Assembly (NCBI RefSeq): GCF_001194135.2
Contig: NC_068998.1
Coordinates: 7,537,231 to 7,601,230, forward strand
From: Octopus bimaculoides
Lineage: Eukaryota
DNA length: 64,000 nucleotides
Direction of reading: 5' to 3'
In this document: positions 1-14,475 of the stretch, piece after piece
How positions within the stretch are numbered: the stretch's first letter is position 1
Layout of the letters: every line of letters starts with the position of its first letter
Position numbers and translations under genes: made by a program
The notes under the pieces: generated by a model
Database searches by the model: none
Told to the model about the DNA's origin: nothing
The model's input: the letters and a program-made list of their open reading frames with translations, nothing else

Positions 1-2744
1 ACCAATTGATATTATTCAGAATCAAAATGACCAAAAAATAAATAAATAAATAAAAAAAGAATGAAAGAAAAAAGAAAGAAAGAAAGAGAGAAAGAAAGAA
101 GGAGAGAAAGAAAGAAAGAAATACTACCAACAATAAGACATTTTAAAATCAATTTATCCAACAATCGTTTATCTTTTACTTGTTTTATTCATTAGACAGC
201 TGTAATGTTGGGGCATTGCTTCGGAGAATTTTAGTTTGATAAATCAACTTATGATAAAACGTCAATGTTTTTATTAACTGTGACTAATAACAAATTTCTT
301 AAAGAGGGAGAAGGAAACGAATTAAGATGTCTGGGTTTCCATGAGTCATCATGCTGTACCTTGTTGTTAACCCTCCGGAAATTTGCAGACCAGATGAAGT
401 TCTGTAACATTGATGAGGAAGAAGCATTAGTTATGAATTGAGGGAAAAGGTGCAATGTGATCATCTACCAGCTAACCGGGCAAATTTTTAAGGTGTTTTG
501 TATCGTTTTTGTTGTTGTTTAGTACTAATTAACCCCACAATTAACCAGATATATAATCAAATGTTATGCATTTTTGGAAAAGTCCTTTGAGCAATTTGTG
601 TGAGAAAATAGACAAAACACGTAGTGTAATTTCAATTAATAAATACAAAGAGAAAAGATATTACGCTACTTTACATAGAATGTTTAATGATACAATATTT
701 TGTGAAAGGTTATCCTTTTCAAATAGAAGGAAAATTATAATCAAAATGTTGGAAGCAATGTTACTGTTGTTGCTCTTTGACCTCAGGTTAACCCTAACAG
801 AGTATGTATCAAATGTATTCAAGTCCCATACATCACATCTTTATAATATTTATTCTGTATCTAAGAAAACAGTACCAAATGCATCCTTCCTTTTTTTTAA
901 TATAGTGGAGTGTGAGTTGAAAGATATTTGGATGGTGTATGCAGAGACACCTTTATTGGTCCTTCTTGTAAGCTTCTTCACTCTTGGAGTGAAGCTCTAC
1001 TTGAAAATTTTTTACACTGTTTTTCCCTCTGACAATCAAAATTAATTTCAAAACAAGTTCTTTTTTTTTTTTATGGTGGGCCATTAACATTAATGGCCTG
1101 AATTTTTGCATGGTCTAGTTAACAAAATTTTAATAAAAATGAGACATCACAGATTATCCTTTCTCTCACTTCTTGACAATTTAAGTAACATTATCATTTT
1201 TCTTTCCTTTTAGCTTGTTCAATAAATTTAATCAGTAATAATATCCTTATCTTCATCTTGAGTGTTTTGCAAATGTTAAAAGAAAAAAAGAAAAGGAAGA
1301 AAAATATATAATTGATTGTGATTGGAGAATCTTCTGTGGATTAAATAGTAAAATATTTTATGTTGAAAAGTGTTAGACAGTCAATAATGATTCTATTTAA
1401 ATATTCAGTCTAAGAATGAGAAGCTGGCGACAACTGATGTCACACGATGGTTGGAGTGCATTGCCTTCACGTCAATATAATCTATTTCTGACACCCTATA
1501 CTGCTACCAAAGCACTCACACATGCATACACATAACTTATGTGCATGCACACACACTGATACAGACACACACGTGCGTGCCTGTGTGCACACATGCACAC
1601 AGGCACTCACACATGCTGCATACTTACACATTTTGGCATTCACTCACACATATAACTTTCTTCTCCCTGACATTGACCCTTTAATAAAGGCAACACTGCA
1701 AAAGTAAACGGAAAAGAAATCCAAATGATGGTTCTTAGACTCAAAGGATAGACTGATAAATTGTCTGCTGTAACTCAGTCTCTCTTGAAGCTCGAGTATA
1801 TTTAATAGAATTCACTCCGCTGTGCATTGGTCTGTGAATGTTCAATCTGAGAATTAGTTTTTGTGTACCTTGCAGGTTTTGTGAGGGCTTTTAATACCAT
1901 CTTTCTCTTTTGACTAATTCTAAAATCCCCTAAAATATTAAAAGCATACACAGAATAATATTACTAGTTTTGTTTCTTGTTGCAAACATTTCACTTTGTA
2001 TATATTGTAAATCACTTTAAGAAAGGAATCAAAGACATACACATTTTCTTTCTCTTTTAAAAATCTTTGAAGAGCCACTTTATAACGACCAAATCTATTA
2101 AATTCACTCTAAACTTAAATTTATTTTATGAGATGTCAAACTGCGACTTGGTCACTAACACTGCTCCACCATAACTACTTGGTACGTCTGTTATTGATCA
2201 GTTATTATGGGCCTAGAAGTTGTTTTATTTTACTTAATTTCTCTCCCATTGAGTTTACAGACAAGGTTTCTCTTATATTCACATACATCAACTTTGACCC
2301 ATTAACTTCAGTCACCTGTCGGTCATCATTATTCCTTTCTAAGTTTACATTCTTATGATACTGTGATTCCTCATGAAATAAAATTAAAATGAATTTAACA
2401 GCTTATTGTGCTATTAAATGGTTCTATCATGATATAGTTCTTTAAGTTTCAACACTCACTCACAAAACAAGTCAGTTGCTGGACAAGTACAACGCTGTAA
2501 TTTTGTAAATCTGATATCTTCTATTTTGTTGTAACTTGGGAGGATCGTTAAGCCAATATGAAACACAGGCACTGGTTCTTTTTCACTTCTTTTATTACAC
2601 TGTGTAACACGACTTTTGTCCTTGGGTAGCAACTGTTATTTTCTATTTGCTGACCCCTAGAAAGTATGAAAAATGGCTAATATTTCCTTTAGATTTTGCC
2701 TTTGATACATTCATTCAAACCCCAAAGAATCTCTCCTTAAACAA

Positions 2745-3098
<354 letters not shown>

Positions 3099-3636
3099 TA
3101 ATTTTCTTATGGTTTCTTAAACATTCACTAGAACAAAACTGTACAAATCCAAATATATGGTACCCTAGGCATAACACCTACATGAACTTCTAACTTGTTG
3201 TCTCTTGGGGTCTCTGGGTGAGACTTGGATCCAACTTGTACAAATGCAAAACAAAAGTCAAACATAAAATAATAATAATAATTCCTTCTTCTACAAGCAG
3301 GGCTGCAATTTTGGGGGTTATTCGATTAGATTGCCCCCAATGTTCAACTGGTTTGTATTTTATTGGTCCTGAAAAAAAATGAAAGATAAAATCAACTTCA
3401 GTGGATTTTGATCTCAGAACATGATGAAAAGATTCTGCCAGTTCACCACCGTAACAAGAACAACAACAAAATACAACAATAAATTTTGGCACATAAATTT
3501 TGGCACATGATAGAGTCAGTTGTAATTGAAGGAATCTCAGTCACTAATCTTTGTGGATTCATTAAAGAGTAGTGACATTCGTGGTCACCTGTATTCTCCC
3601 CTGAGGACAGTGGCCAGAGAAATACGATGACCAAAT

Positions 3637-3683
<47 letters not shown>

Positions 3684-4402
3684 TACAAACATGCTCACAT
3701 GGAGATATGGCTGCAGCTTATAACTAAGGCTCGAACAGAGAAGTATTATTCCTTAAGCATTTGTAAAATATTTACAGTCTTAGAATCAGATACCTTATTT
3801 GCATAACCAAAAGCAATAATTTCACTTTAAGGTTTCCAACAGCAACATCATTGTCTTTATCATAAATTCTCTTGTGATATCTATCATCCTGTAATATTTA
3901 CCAATATTTATGACTCAGTCCCATTCCAGCTATAAAATTCAATTAAAAGTCTGCAAATACCATTCTAACTGGGAAGAAACGCAGCACAAATCAATTAAAT
4001 ACTAAGGTAATTAAATGCACTAACCTGTAACTTTTGACTTGAATGTCTATCTAGGTTATTAAAACAAAGAGAATCTTTTGCAGCAAACGAAAAACGCTCC
4101 CATGTGGGATTTGTATAAGCGAATATATTTAGTGATTGTCAGTTTTACTACAGCTAAATGTTCTGCATCATTGCAGAATGTTTCTCTATGAACTTGCTGT
4201 AAAGTGTAAAATTTATTTACATGAAGTTATAGCATGAATCTAAACCGTTGGAAGCATTTGGCATTTAAAAATAAATTGTGATACCACCGGTTCTAGAAAT
4301 CGATGTTTGGTTTGGAATGTTACATTTAGCGGACATGTTATGTAAAGAAATCAGGTAAATAAAGATATACAGACACATTCGCAAAGAAAGACATACATGC
4401 AC

Positions 4403-4495
<93 letters not shown>

Positions 4496-5335
4496 CCACA
4501 CACAGCCACACATGGACATAAGTATACATGCGAATATGTATATTGACATAGAGACTAAGATATATATGTACATTTTAATATGAGTGCATCGATATAAGCA
4601 TGCATACATGTGCACATGCACACATGTAACAGCATGGATCATAGGTGTAAGTACGCATAGGTACACACATGCACGCGAACATCAATACGAATACATCGAT
4701 AGAAGTACACACACACACACACATATTTCAATATGAATACACTAGCATATACATTAATACATGTGCACACAGTTATCAATGCAGATACAGGAATAAATAT
4801 GCATACATATTAGTATCAATGCACACACACACACACACACATACACACACACTAAGATGGATGCAAAGACATAAGTATACATATGTGCACGTGCAAGTAT
4901 CACCAAGTATATATAAGAATAAGCACATATATATGCATACATGCACACATTCAGCAAGAAGGATATATAGCAGTAGAGGCATTGATAGGTACACATTTCG
5001 ACATACACAAGATGGTAGATGGTTAGTCACATTTCATACTGGCAGTTAATATTCAGAATAGGTAGATTATAAAGTAGATATAAACGTTTTTAGTATCAAC
5101 AACTGAGTCAAAGTTTCACAAACATTAGGTATTTAGCAGCATTAAAAGCCAGTTCCCAAGTGCAGCATGAAAACGAACGGAAGAAACTAAAAGTGGTTTC
5201 TTCAGATTGCAAAAGACCACTTAAAGTTAATCACGATAATTTTGTGAATATATTTATCTGAAAATGGCATAGATTTATGGGATTATCCTTCCTAAAAAAA
5301 GCAAAAATGTTTTTGTCTATTGCTTCTTTTTGCAG

Positions 5336-7844
5336 AACCGATTCCATTTTCCTGAAAGTTTTTCTTGCCCTAAGGATTGGAAAGACAGAGAGGTTTTATA
5401 GTGCATATGATTTATTCATGAAGAAATATGTTCTTTAAGTTGATCGATGTTGAAATGAAGTGTTTTATAGGAAACTCGAGAATTACGGCTGGAATGTGCT
5501 CATCATGAATGCGTTTGTATGTCATTGTGTTACTTCATGGTCAAGAAATATAACATCTTTTAGAAGGTTATCTCACACTGCTACATATATCACGTTAATA
5601 TATGCAGTCTTAAATGTATGATATAATGATTATATTATTAATAATTGTTATTATTATAATTAAGGTGGCAAGCTGGCAGAATCATTAGCACGCCGGACAA
5701 AATGCTTAGTGGTAGTTCGTCTGACGAAATGCTTAGTGGTAGTTCGTCTGACGAAATGCTTAGCAGTGCTTCGTCTGACGAAATGCTTAGTGGTAGTTCG
5801 TCTGACGAAATGCTTAGTGGTAGTTCGTTCTGAGTAGAAATTCTGCTGAGGTCGAATTTTGGAGTCAGTAAATTAAGTACCAGTTAAACACTGGGGTCAA
5901 TGTCTTTTAATGTAATTCATGTGAGCCCTTGTGTCCAATAAAAGAATCAATTATCATTATTATTACTATTATTGTCAAGGTGGCTAGCTGGCTGTCACAG
6001 TCAGTAGCTTACTGGAGCAAATACTTCACAGCATTTCTCCTAGCTTTACATTTTGAGTTAAGGTTCTCAAATCTAATATTTTCTTATCCTTCCTTAATAT
6101 CTAGTTGTTCTTTTTCAGTTGGTCACAAACTGAATTGCATTTCATGATGCTCTATAACTATTCTCTATCATTAACTATGGTAGATTCTCAGTTTCATGTC
6201 ACATGTCCCTGCCAATAAGAACAATTTTGTTGAGTGGCTTTTGGTTTCTATTACAATGCAGAAGCCTGCAAAATACATCTGATATTGGCCTGTTGTGCAA
6301 CATGATAGAAGTGACCTGTAAAGACCACTCCACATTGAAGCAACAGTAGCAGAGATGAGATAATTGGAATGTATGCAGAAATCTCTTTGGTTGTGTGCTC
6401 TAGACCAAACACAATATGGCTAGAGGAAATTAACTATGAATTTAATGTAAATCATATTGGATATTATAAATGCCAATTTGAGACAGACAGTGAATAATAA
6501 TAACAGGTCAATTCAATTGAGCAAATTATCTTCTTGGAGATAAAAGAGCACAGTTAAAATAGCAGAAATAATTTATAGTATCTAATTAAAGAAGGAATTA
6601 CAGGTGGTCTGAGATGTTATTGGGAAAGCAAATCACCAAGTAAAGCCTAATTAGGGAGATTGTGCCCTTAATAGAGACGTGGTTGCTGTCTTAGTAAGTT
6701 GTTGCTTATAATGTCAATTATTATAGCAAGAGAGGGTGATAAGAGAGAGAAAAAGACAGAGAGAGAGAAAAGGTGTAAGTGATATAATATGTTAGATAAA
6801 ACCCAGAGAGAAAAACAAATATCCAAATTATTTCGTTAAGTAGCTTTTATTGGATTAAGATCTGTTATTTTTTGGAGCGAATGTTCTTAGCTGTGAAAAA
6901 AGACGAGTTCCTTTGAAAGAAGAATACTGAGTGAAAATAGTTAAGCTGAATCACATTAGAGAACTGCTAAAATTTTCAGTGCATTTCAACAATTGTAACA
7001 TGTTTTTGGTTTGTCTTTGAACACTGTTAATTAAAGACTAATCAATCTTGACAGTACCTGAAACACAAACAGAGTAGTATCAATGTCGTTAAATGATTTA
7101 TCTAATTATTCAACACCAACTGGATACAACCTAATTACTCTAAATACAAAGTGGCTAATTGCTGTTCAACATGCAATAGGATTCTTCCATAAATTTCCCA
7201 AACATAGCTCCATCTCTGTAACAGTCAGACAAAGCTGTTCCCTATTGATCACAACTAATTCTTCATACTCCATTCTTCTTAACTCAAAACTGGTTGGAAT
7301 AAATCACTTTCTGAATTTATATCTAAGAGTTTGTTTCCTTTATAAAAGACTGATGTATTTATGGGAAGAATAAATAACTGTTATTCACCTTCCCACCACA
7401 GAAAAACAGCATCATTCATATATGAAGAATTACAAATAATTCTCGTTTCTATCTCCTTTAATTTATGATTCAGCTGAGAAGTGCAAATCTGTTTCTTGGT
7501 ACCCATACTTCAAAATATTTTCTTAGATTAAATGACAAATCAGGAATGGGATCCCAGAAACTAAAATTAAAGAAGATATTCCAACCTTCAAGAACAGTTC
7601 TTCCTTTTGGTAAGATGTTATTATTTTGAATTACTCTTTTAGTCTTTCACTTGTTTCAGTCATTTGAATGTGGCCATGCTGGAGCACCACTTTTAGTTGA
7701 ACTAATCGACCCCAGGACTTATTCTTTGTAAGCCTGGTACTTATTCTAATGGTCACTTTCACCGAGCCACTAAGCTATGGGGATGTAAACACACCAACAC
7801 CGGTTGTCAGGTAATGGTGGGGTGGACAAACACAGACACACAAA

Positions 7845-7912
<68 letters not shown>

Positions 7913-8233
7913 GAGAGAGTAGAAAAGAATATAAAGGTCATCTTGCCAGAAAGCTCTGCTTCAAAAAGTCCCATCCAATCCATACTACCATGGAAAAGAG
8001 GATTTAGAAATGGGAAATGATAACAACAACAACACCAGAGATGATATATAAACCTAGAATTGTAAGGGCAATCTAGCAATGACTTAAGTTTTAGTTAGCA
8101 GGAAAGAAGATAAAATTTTACTGCCATGAAGCCAAGTGACCATGGCTGAGATGTAGAAAAGATAAAAGGAGAAATTTCATATAGGATATTTAATGAAAAT
8201 TATGGATGCACAAGTGTTGTATTCAAATCCGAG
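5336..8233 (+). CDS. Candidate spliced coding segment (exons 5336-5392, 5471-5516, 7474-7609, 8185-8233), product unknown
   Basis: All four pieces are AG/GT bounded and join in phase with no stop (288 nt): TDSIFLKVFLALRIGKTER-KLENYGWNVLIMNAF-LRSANLFLGTHTSKYFLRLNDKSGMGSQKLKLKKIFQPSRTVLPFG-YLMKIMDAQVLYSNP. Other frames are also open in some pieces and no family was recognised. Confidence 0.35.
5662..5945 (+). mobile_element. Family A SINE with an internal 27-bp tandem expansion
   Basis: Same head and tail as 42794. Five copies of GACGAAATGCTTAGTGGTAGTTCGTCT at 5696-5828. Confidence 0.85.
7097..7376 (-). repeat. Left arm of a ~290-bp inverted repeat pair
   Basis: Reverse complement aligns with 8376-8680; for example TTCTTCCCATAAATACATCAGTCTTTT and TTTGGGAAATTTATGGAAGAATCCT are shared. 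Confidence 0.9.
7655..7850. mobile_element. SINE family E (GGCCATGCTGGAGCACC..ATCGACCCCAGGACTTATT)
   Basis: The same sequence recurs at ~24500-24560 and ~61230-61420. It ends in a (CA)n tract. Confidence 0.75.
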
Positions 8234-8375
8234 GTAGGATGATGAGTAAGGTAGAGTTGTAAGTGCCTGATGTGCATGAATAGTTAGTGGTAAATGTACA
8301 TATAAGATAAATACCTTTAAATGCTTGGAAGGCTCTGTAGAAATAGTTTATAGCTTTTTCTGATAGGAACAACGT

Positions 8376-8680
8376 TTATTTCTTCTTCCCATAAATACAT
8401 CAGTCTTTTATAAAGGAAACAAACTACGGGATATAAATTTCGGAAGGAGATTTATTCCAACCAGTTTCAAGTTAAGATAAATGCAGTATGAAGAATTAAT
8501 TGCGATCACCATAGTATATCACTTTCGAACGCATAGGGAACAAGTTTGTCTGACTATTTCAGAGATCAACTACATTTGGGAAATTTATGGAAGAATCCTG
8601 TTACATGTGGAAGAGCAATTAGCCACTTTGTATTTAGACTAATTAGGTAATATGCAGTTAGTGTTGAATAATTACGTAAA
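8376..8680 (+). repeat. Right arm of the inverted repeat pair
   Basis: As above; it carries an extra ~24 nt (CCATAGTATATCACTTTCGAACGC) relative to the left arm. Confidence 0.9.
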
Positions 8681-9319
8681 CCTTTTAAAACCAACCTCCC
8701 AAAAACTGTCCTTGGTTCTATGATAGAAACTTCCTGTTTAAAACTAATCTAAATTAAGCCCCTCTATCAAAATTGCATGTTGATTTATGTTCCATACACT
8801 AATTTTATAATGACAAAGTTAGTTTACTAAACACCTTCATGCTTTTAACATTGATGCAAACACCGACAGTGTATCACAATAGAAATTTAGTAATGAAAAT
8901 GTTACACCAGTATGTGATTTATGAAGCAGAAGAAATAGATGTCCTGAAAGCATAGTTGCTGGGTAAGGATTTGGTGAAAAAAACTCAGAGTTAGTTTTCT
9001 TTTTTATGGTCGAATGTCCTTCTAGACACCAACTGATTTAAATGCCTCTTGCATGTAAGGATTCATGCTTCCATGCTCTTTAATAATAATAGTTTTCTTA
9101 TACAATCACAACATCTTTAAATTAGTTTGTAAAGAATCTTATCACTTCAAAAACTCAGTCATGGTCAATCCACCTGTATATAAACTGAAAATAGTTTAAT
9201 CAACCTCATGTTTATGAAAAGCATAATTTTGGCAAAACTCAGTGGGCTGTCAGCTTTTGATGTAAACATATATATATATATATCTAACTATTTATCTGTC
9301 TATCTATATATTTGTCTGT

Positions 9320-9475
9320 CTGTCTGTGTGGTTAAAAGCTTGCTTCCCAACCATGTGGGCTTGAGTTCAGTCCCACTGCATGGAAGTTTGAGCTAGTGTC
9401 TTCTACTATAACCCCAGGTCGACCAAAGCCATGTGAGTGGATTTGGTAGATAGAAACTGAAAAAAGCCTGTTGTC
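9320..9475 (+). mobile_element. Family B SINE
   Basis: GTGTGGTTAAAAGCTTGCTTCCCAACCATGTGGGCTTGAGTTCAGTCCCACTGCATGG..GACCAAAGCCATGTGAGTGGATTTGGTAGA. Confidence 0.82.
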
Positions 9476-9496
9476 TATCTATGTATCTATCTATCA

Positions 9497-9550
<54 letters not shown>

Positions 9551-9614
9551 AGCAATGGGCTAACCAGGACCTTGTCAGTGGATCTGGTAGATGGAAACTG
9601 AAAGAAGCCCATCG

Positions 9615-9646
<32 letters not shown>

Positions 9647-10984
9647 ATCATGTAAGGGTGTCTTTGTTTCTGTATTTGTCCCTCCATCACTGCTTGACAA
9701 ATGGTGCTGATGTGTTTAAGTCCCTGTAACTTAGCAATTCAGCAAAAGAGANNNNNNNNNNNNNNNNNNNNNNNNNNNNNNNNNNNNNNNNNNNNNNNNN
9801 NNNNNNNNNNNNNNNNNNNNNNNNNNNNNNNNNNNNNNNNNNNNNNNNNNNNNNNNNNNNNNNNNNNNNNNNNNNNNTATATATATATATTACATGTATG
9901 TTATATATGTATGTGTGTGCGCATGTGTTGTATGTTTATATGTAAAATAAATATATGGGCATGCATACAAATGCACACACATATACACCCACATACACAC
10001 ATACACAAACGCCCCCACACACACATAAGGATTATAAACTTAAGTGCATATAAACTCAAGGGAAAAAATAATATGAAGGATTGTCCTATACCTGATATTT
10101 GTTTGAGATATTCACAATAAAATACTCTCAGCCAAGTAAATCTTCTGTCATCTCTTCGATAAAGTTCAATATATTCTCATGCCTGTTTGCCTTATCATTT
10201 CATTCTTGGCTTATCTATTCTTTAGGTATTTTCCATCGCCCTAACTTTTCACCCATCTTAAATTACAATTTTCTTCAAACACATATATCACTCTTTAAAG
10301 ACGTCAACTCAAACCTTTATCATCTTAATTCCCTTGCACACAAACACCCTGATCAGTTAGTGCTGCATATCCAATATATATTACGATAACCTTATTTATC
10401 TCTTTCTGCTGAAGAGTTTTTATTTCTGCTGCCATATATAAAAATCAGATTTTTTAACCCTTGTGTGTCCATATTTCTTGTGTTCTATACAATCATGAAA
10501 AGAAATTAAAAAAATTTTTTTTATTTATGTTGAGGAAAATAAAGAAAAAATTTTGTAAAACATTCTAAAATATCTAACATTGTTATTATGAAATTGGTGT
10601 GCAGACTTTAAACATGCTGAAACTCTGCTTGTAGTCTAGTTTCCATGGCTGAGGAGAGGATTTCCATCTTCATTTCTCCTTTGTCCTTTTTTTGACAATC
10701 ATTTCCATATCTCATTTTGATTTTCGCACACATATGTATATATACATTATGCATGCATGTATGTATGTGTTTCTTGATATAACTCATTGGGTATTGGAAT
10801 CTTAATAATGAATTTACAAAGGCATCGACCAATCTTTAAAACAATTGGATTTTACTCACAGTATTGGAACCTATATGTATACCATTCTGCCTAAACAATA
10901 TATTTACAAATACAATATCCCTACATTCACTCTCTATTTCCTATCTTAACTAAACTAACTATTGCTTAATCATCCTCTCACACC

Positions 10985-11032
10985 ATCTCCGATGAAGGGA
11001 TATTATAAATATCCTGGAAACAGGTGTAAGAC
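10985..11032 (+). ncRNA. Type I hammerhead ribozyme motif of a different (Penelope-like) family
   Basis: ATCT-CCGATGA-A-GGGATAT(TATAA)ATATCCT-G-GAAACAGGTGT-A-AGAC. Stem II is 7 bp, stem III is near-palindromic ACAGGTGT, the cleavage triplet is GUA, and stem I is TCT/AGA. There is one core change (CUGAUGA>CCGAUGA). Confidence 0.7.
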
Positions 11033-11659
11033 ATTCTATTTATAAATGTTCTATATTATACACAGCCTTGGTTTTTTTTTTTTATCTCATTACGGAAAGT
11101 AAATCCTTATATAAACAAAGTCATTGATAAATAGATAAATCCCTATGTCATAAAAATTTTTCTATGTTGTATTACATGAAAAAAATCTGTTTAACATTTG
11201 TTTCTGTTTTTCTTTCGTATTTTATCTGTGAAATGCCTGAATATCATAAACTTCTAGAGTATTGTCCAATTAAAGAAATGATGGAAAATATAATTTTCAA
11301 ATTATTCTTTATGTAAAAATATAAATAACCAGCTTGTTCTAAAATCCACTGATGCTGGAGATGGAGAGAGAGAAAGAGAAGGGGGATGGTTAGTGAGTGA
11401 GAGAGAGAGGCAAAGACAGACAAACAGAAAGATGAAGGCAGGAGGGAGAGGGATAAAGGAGGAAGAGATAGAGAGTGAGTGAGAGAGAGAGATAAGGAGA
11501 GAAAGTCAGAGAGAGGGAGAGAGAGAGAAAGAGTGATGGAGTGAGGGAGAGAAAGAGAGAAGAGACAAACAATCAGAAAGAAGACAGAAAGTAGGGAGAG
11601 GGGAAAGGGAGAAAGGGATAGACAGATAGATAGATACAGAGGGAGAGAGAGAGAAAGAA

Positions 11660-11692
<33 letters not shown>

Positions 11693-11702
11693 NNNNNNNN
11701 NN

Positions 11703-11747
<45 letters not shown>

Positions 11748-12660
11748 TATTTGGAAACAAAAGCAAAAACCGAAAAAAACCTACACAAATGAATAGACAT
11801 GAAAATAGGAATTGAAGATAAAACAGAAAAAGAGAGCAAGACAAAAAAGGGAGAAAGAGCTAGAGAGAGAGAGAGAGAGAGAGAGGGAGACGAAGGTAGA
11901 CAGACAGACAGACAAACAGAAAAATAGAAAAGGAGGACATGGAAAAAATCGAAAAAAAGTTCAAATAAAAATAATGCGTAAAATAGAATATAAATAAAAT
12001 AAAGTAAATCTAGAATCAATGAGAAAACAAACCCTGTTCATTCAATACTGAAATTAGAAACTAGATAAAAAGATGCCATCAAGATTGCGATTGATGTAAA
12101 CGGTCAAACTGCCATGATTCTCACCAAGGGAGATAACCATGCAGAGATATTTCCATAGAACTGTCATTGATAAGTTTGCAATTACAACAGTCTTCAACTG
12201 AAAGCCAATAGCTTCTGTTATTTTTGAAACCCTCTTATTTTTCATGTTTTGTTGTTTCCTATTATTTGCTGTATTATTCTTATCCCTTTCTTTTTATTCT
12301 TTAATTTTGGACTTTTTTTCTTCAATAAAGTAAAAGAAACAAAAAAATTTAGTTTTACATCATTTCTTCTCTCTCTTTTACTTTCTCTGTCTATCTCTCT
12401 GCTTCTCTCTCTCTCTCTCTCAACATGAATCTAACTCTTATTTTAGTTTTGATTCACAATTTTGTGATTCGTGTTGTTGTTGTTTCATTCATTGTTGCTT
12501 TTGCAGTTGTTGTTGTAGACAGCAGTGATAGTGATAGTATAATGTTTTGTTTTCCTGATTTTTTTTTCCACACTATGATTTCTCTAGTGTATATTTATTT
12601 CTATGTATTAAAATTTGTTTTTGCATATTTCGTTACCTCAGAAGAATGTTCAAAAACAAA

Positions 12661-12694
<34 letters not shown>

Positions 12695-13220
12695 AGACAG
12701 ACAGAGACAAAGTGTGAGAGAGAGTATATATACATACATACATATATACATATATNNNNNNNNNNNNNNNNNNNNNNNNNNNNNNNNNNNNNNNNNNNNN
12801 NNNNNNNNNNNNNNNNNNNNNNNNNNNNNNNNNNNNNNNNNNNNNNNNNNNNNNNNNNNNNNNNNNNNNNNNNNNNNNNNNNNNNNNNNNNNNNNNNNNN
12901 NNTATATATATAAGTAGACAGGGATGTGTGGGCTTATCTGTATATAGTTTTGTATATATGTATATAAAATAAATACATGGTGACAGTGAGTGATTCAGAG
13001 AGAAAATGTTTGTTGATGTATGCACATACATATACATACATACATATATATATATGATGTTGTAGCATTGGATGGTTATGATTAATTTATGCATCATACA
13101 ACAGTGGTTCATGAATATTTAATCATATGGTTTTAGTGCCACCCACCATCATAAAAAAATGTGGAAACAAGGCTCTATGCATGTATGCAAATACACACAG
13201 GCACACATACACATGCATGC

Positions 13221-13261
<41 letters not shown>

Positions 13262-13368
13262 AGGAAATAAATATATAGATACATATATAGAAATGTATAT
13301 GTGTGTGTGTATGTATAATTTTTATATACACTCACACACATATACACACACATATATATGTGTACATA

Positions 13369-13406
<38 letters not shown>

Positions 13407-13532
13407 GTGTGTATAACTGCAGTTTCTTTGTTTACAAGCTTAATAATTGGAATATGGTACTCATGAAAGTTAGCAGAACCATAATTATTGTTATGCTTAT
13501 TTTCCCCATTGATTGAGAAAGAGGGGAGAGAG

Positions 13533-13581
<49 letters not shown>

Positions 13582-14306
13582 GAGAGAGAGAGGGAGAGAG
13601 AAAGAGAATCCTTTGCCCTTGTCGTAAGGGAAAGTGATGGACAGGATAAATCAATCTAAATTAAAATCCTTATTGTTGTCTTTAAGATACCAATTTACTA
13701 AGCCCTGTACAATTGCATTTACTATTATCCCTTAAATAAAGAATAATGATTGGAAATTCTCTTAGATAACTGGGAAGAGGAGTGGCCTATATATGTGTTG
13801 CCTGGTCAAGGAATCAAAACTACAATCTTACGATCATGAGTCCAACACCCTAACCATTAAGCCATGTGCCTCCACTGGTGAGCGGGGACCGAATTACAGC
13901 AACGCTATTTTCTACATACCATAATATTCAGTTTCAAGAATCGTGCTGTAGATAACACATGGAAATAATTTAAAAGTATATGAAAAATGCTAGAAAAGAC
14001 AAAGTTAATAAACAAATTAATTAATTGAAATAATTCTAATTAGCATAGCCACATGGAAGATGTATGTCAAAACATCTTTTACTGGTAATATTTTGGAATC
14101 AAAGTGTAGATTCGTGTGTAAAATATAAGAAATATTTCTTATCTAAGTTGTGTGAATTTCTGAATGCTGGTGCTTTCTTAATTATTATTCTTGATAGAAG
14201 TTTAAGAATTAATACTTTGTAATTTAATTAGAGACTTACCAAGCTTTGAAGATACAGCTATATCTCTAGTACATTCTCTCACTCTGTTGCTTTCTCTCTG
14301 TCGTGC

Positions 14307-14343
<37 letters not shown>

Positions 14344-14422
14344 TACATATGCACACATACATACATATATATCTTTATATACATATGTGTTTATAAAGGT
14401 ATTCATATACATATGCATATAT

Positions 14423-14475
<53 letters not shown>

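Noticed and set aside
5696-5828. CRISPR-like array
   Set aside because: The units are contiguous with no unique spacers, lie inside a SINE, and there are no cas genes; this is eukaryotic DNA.
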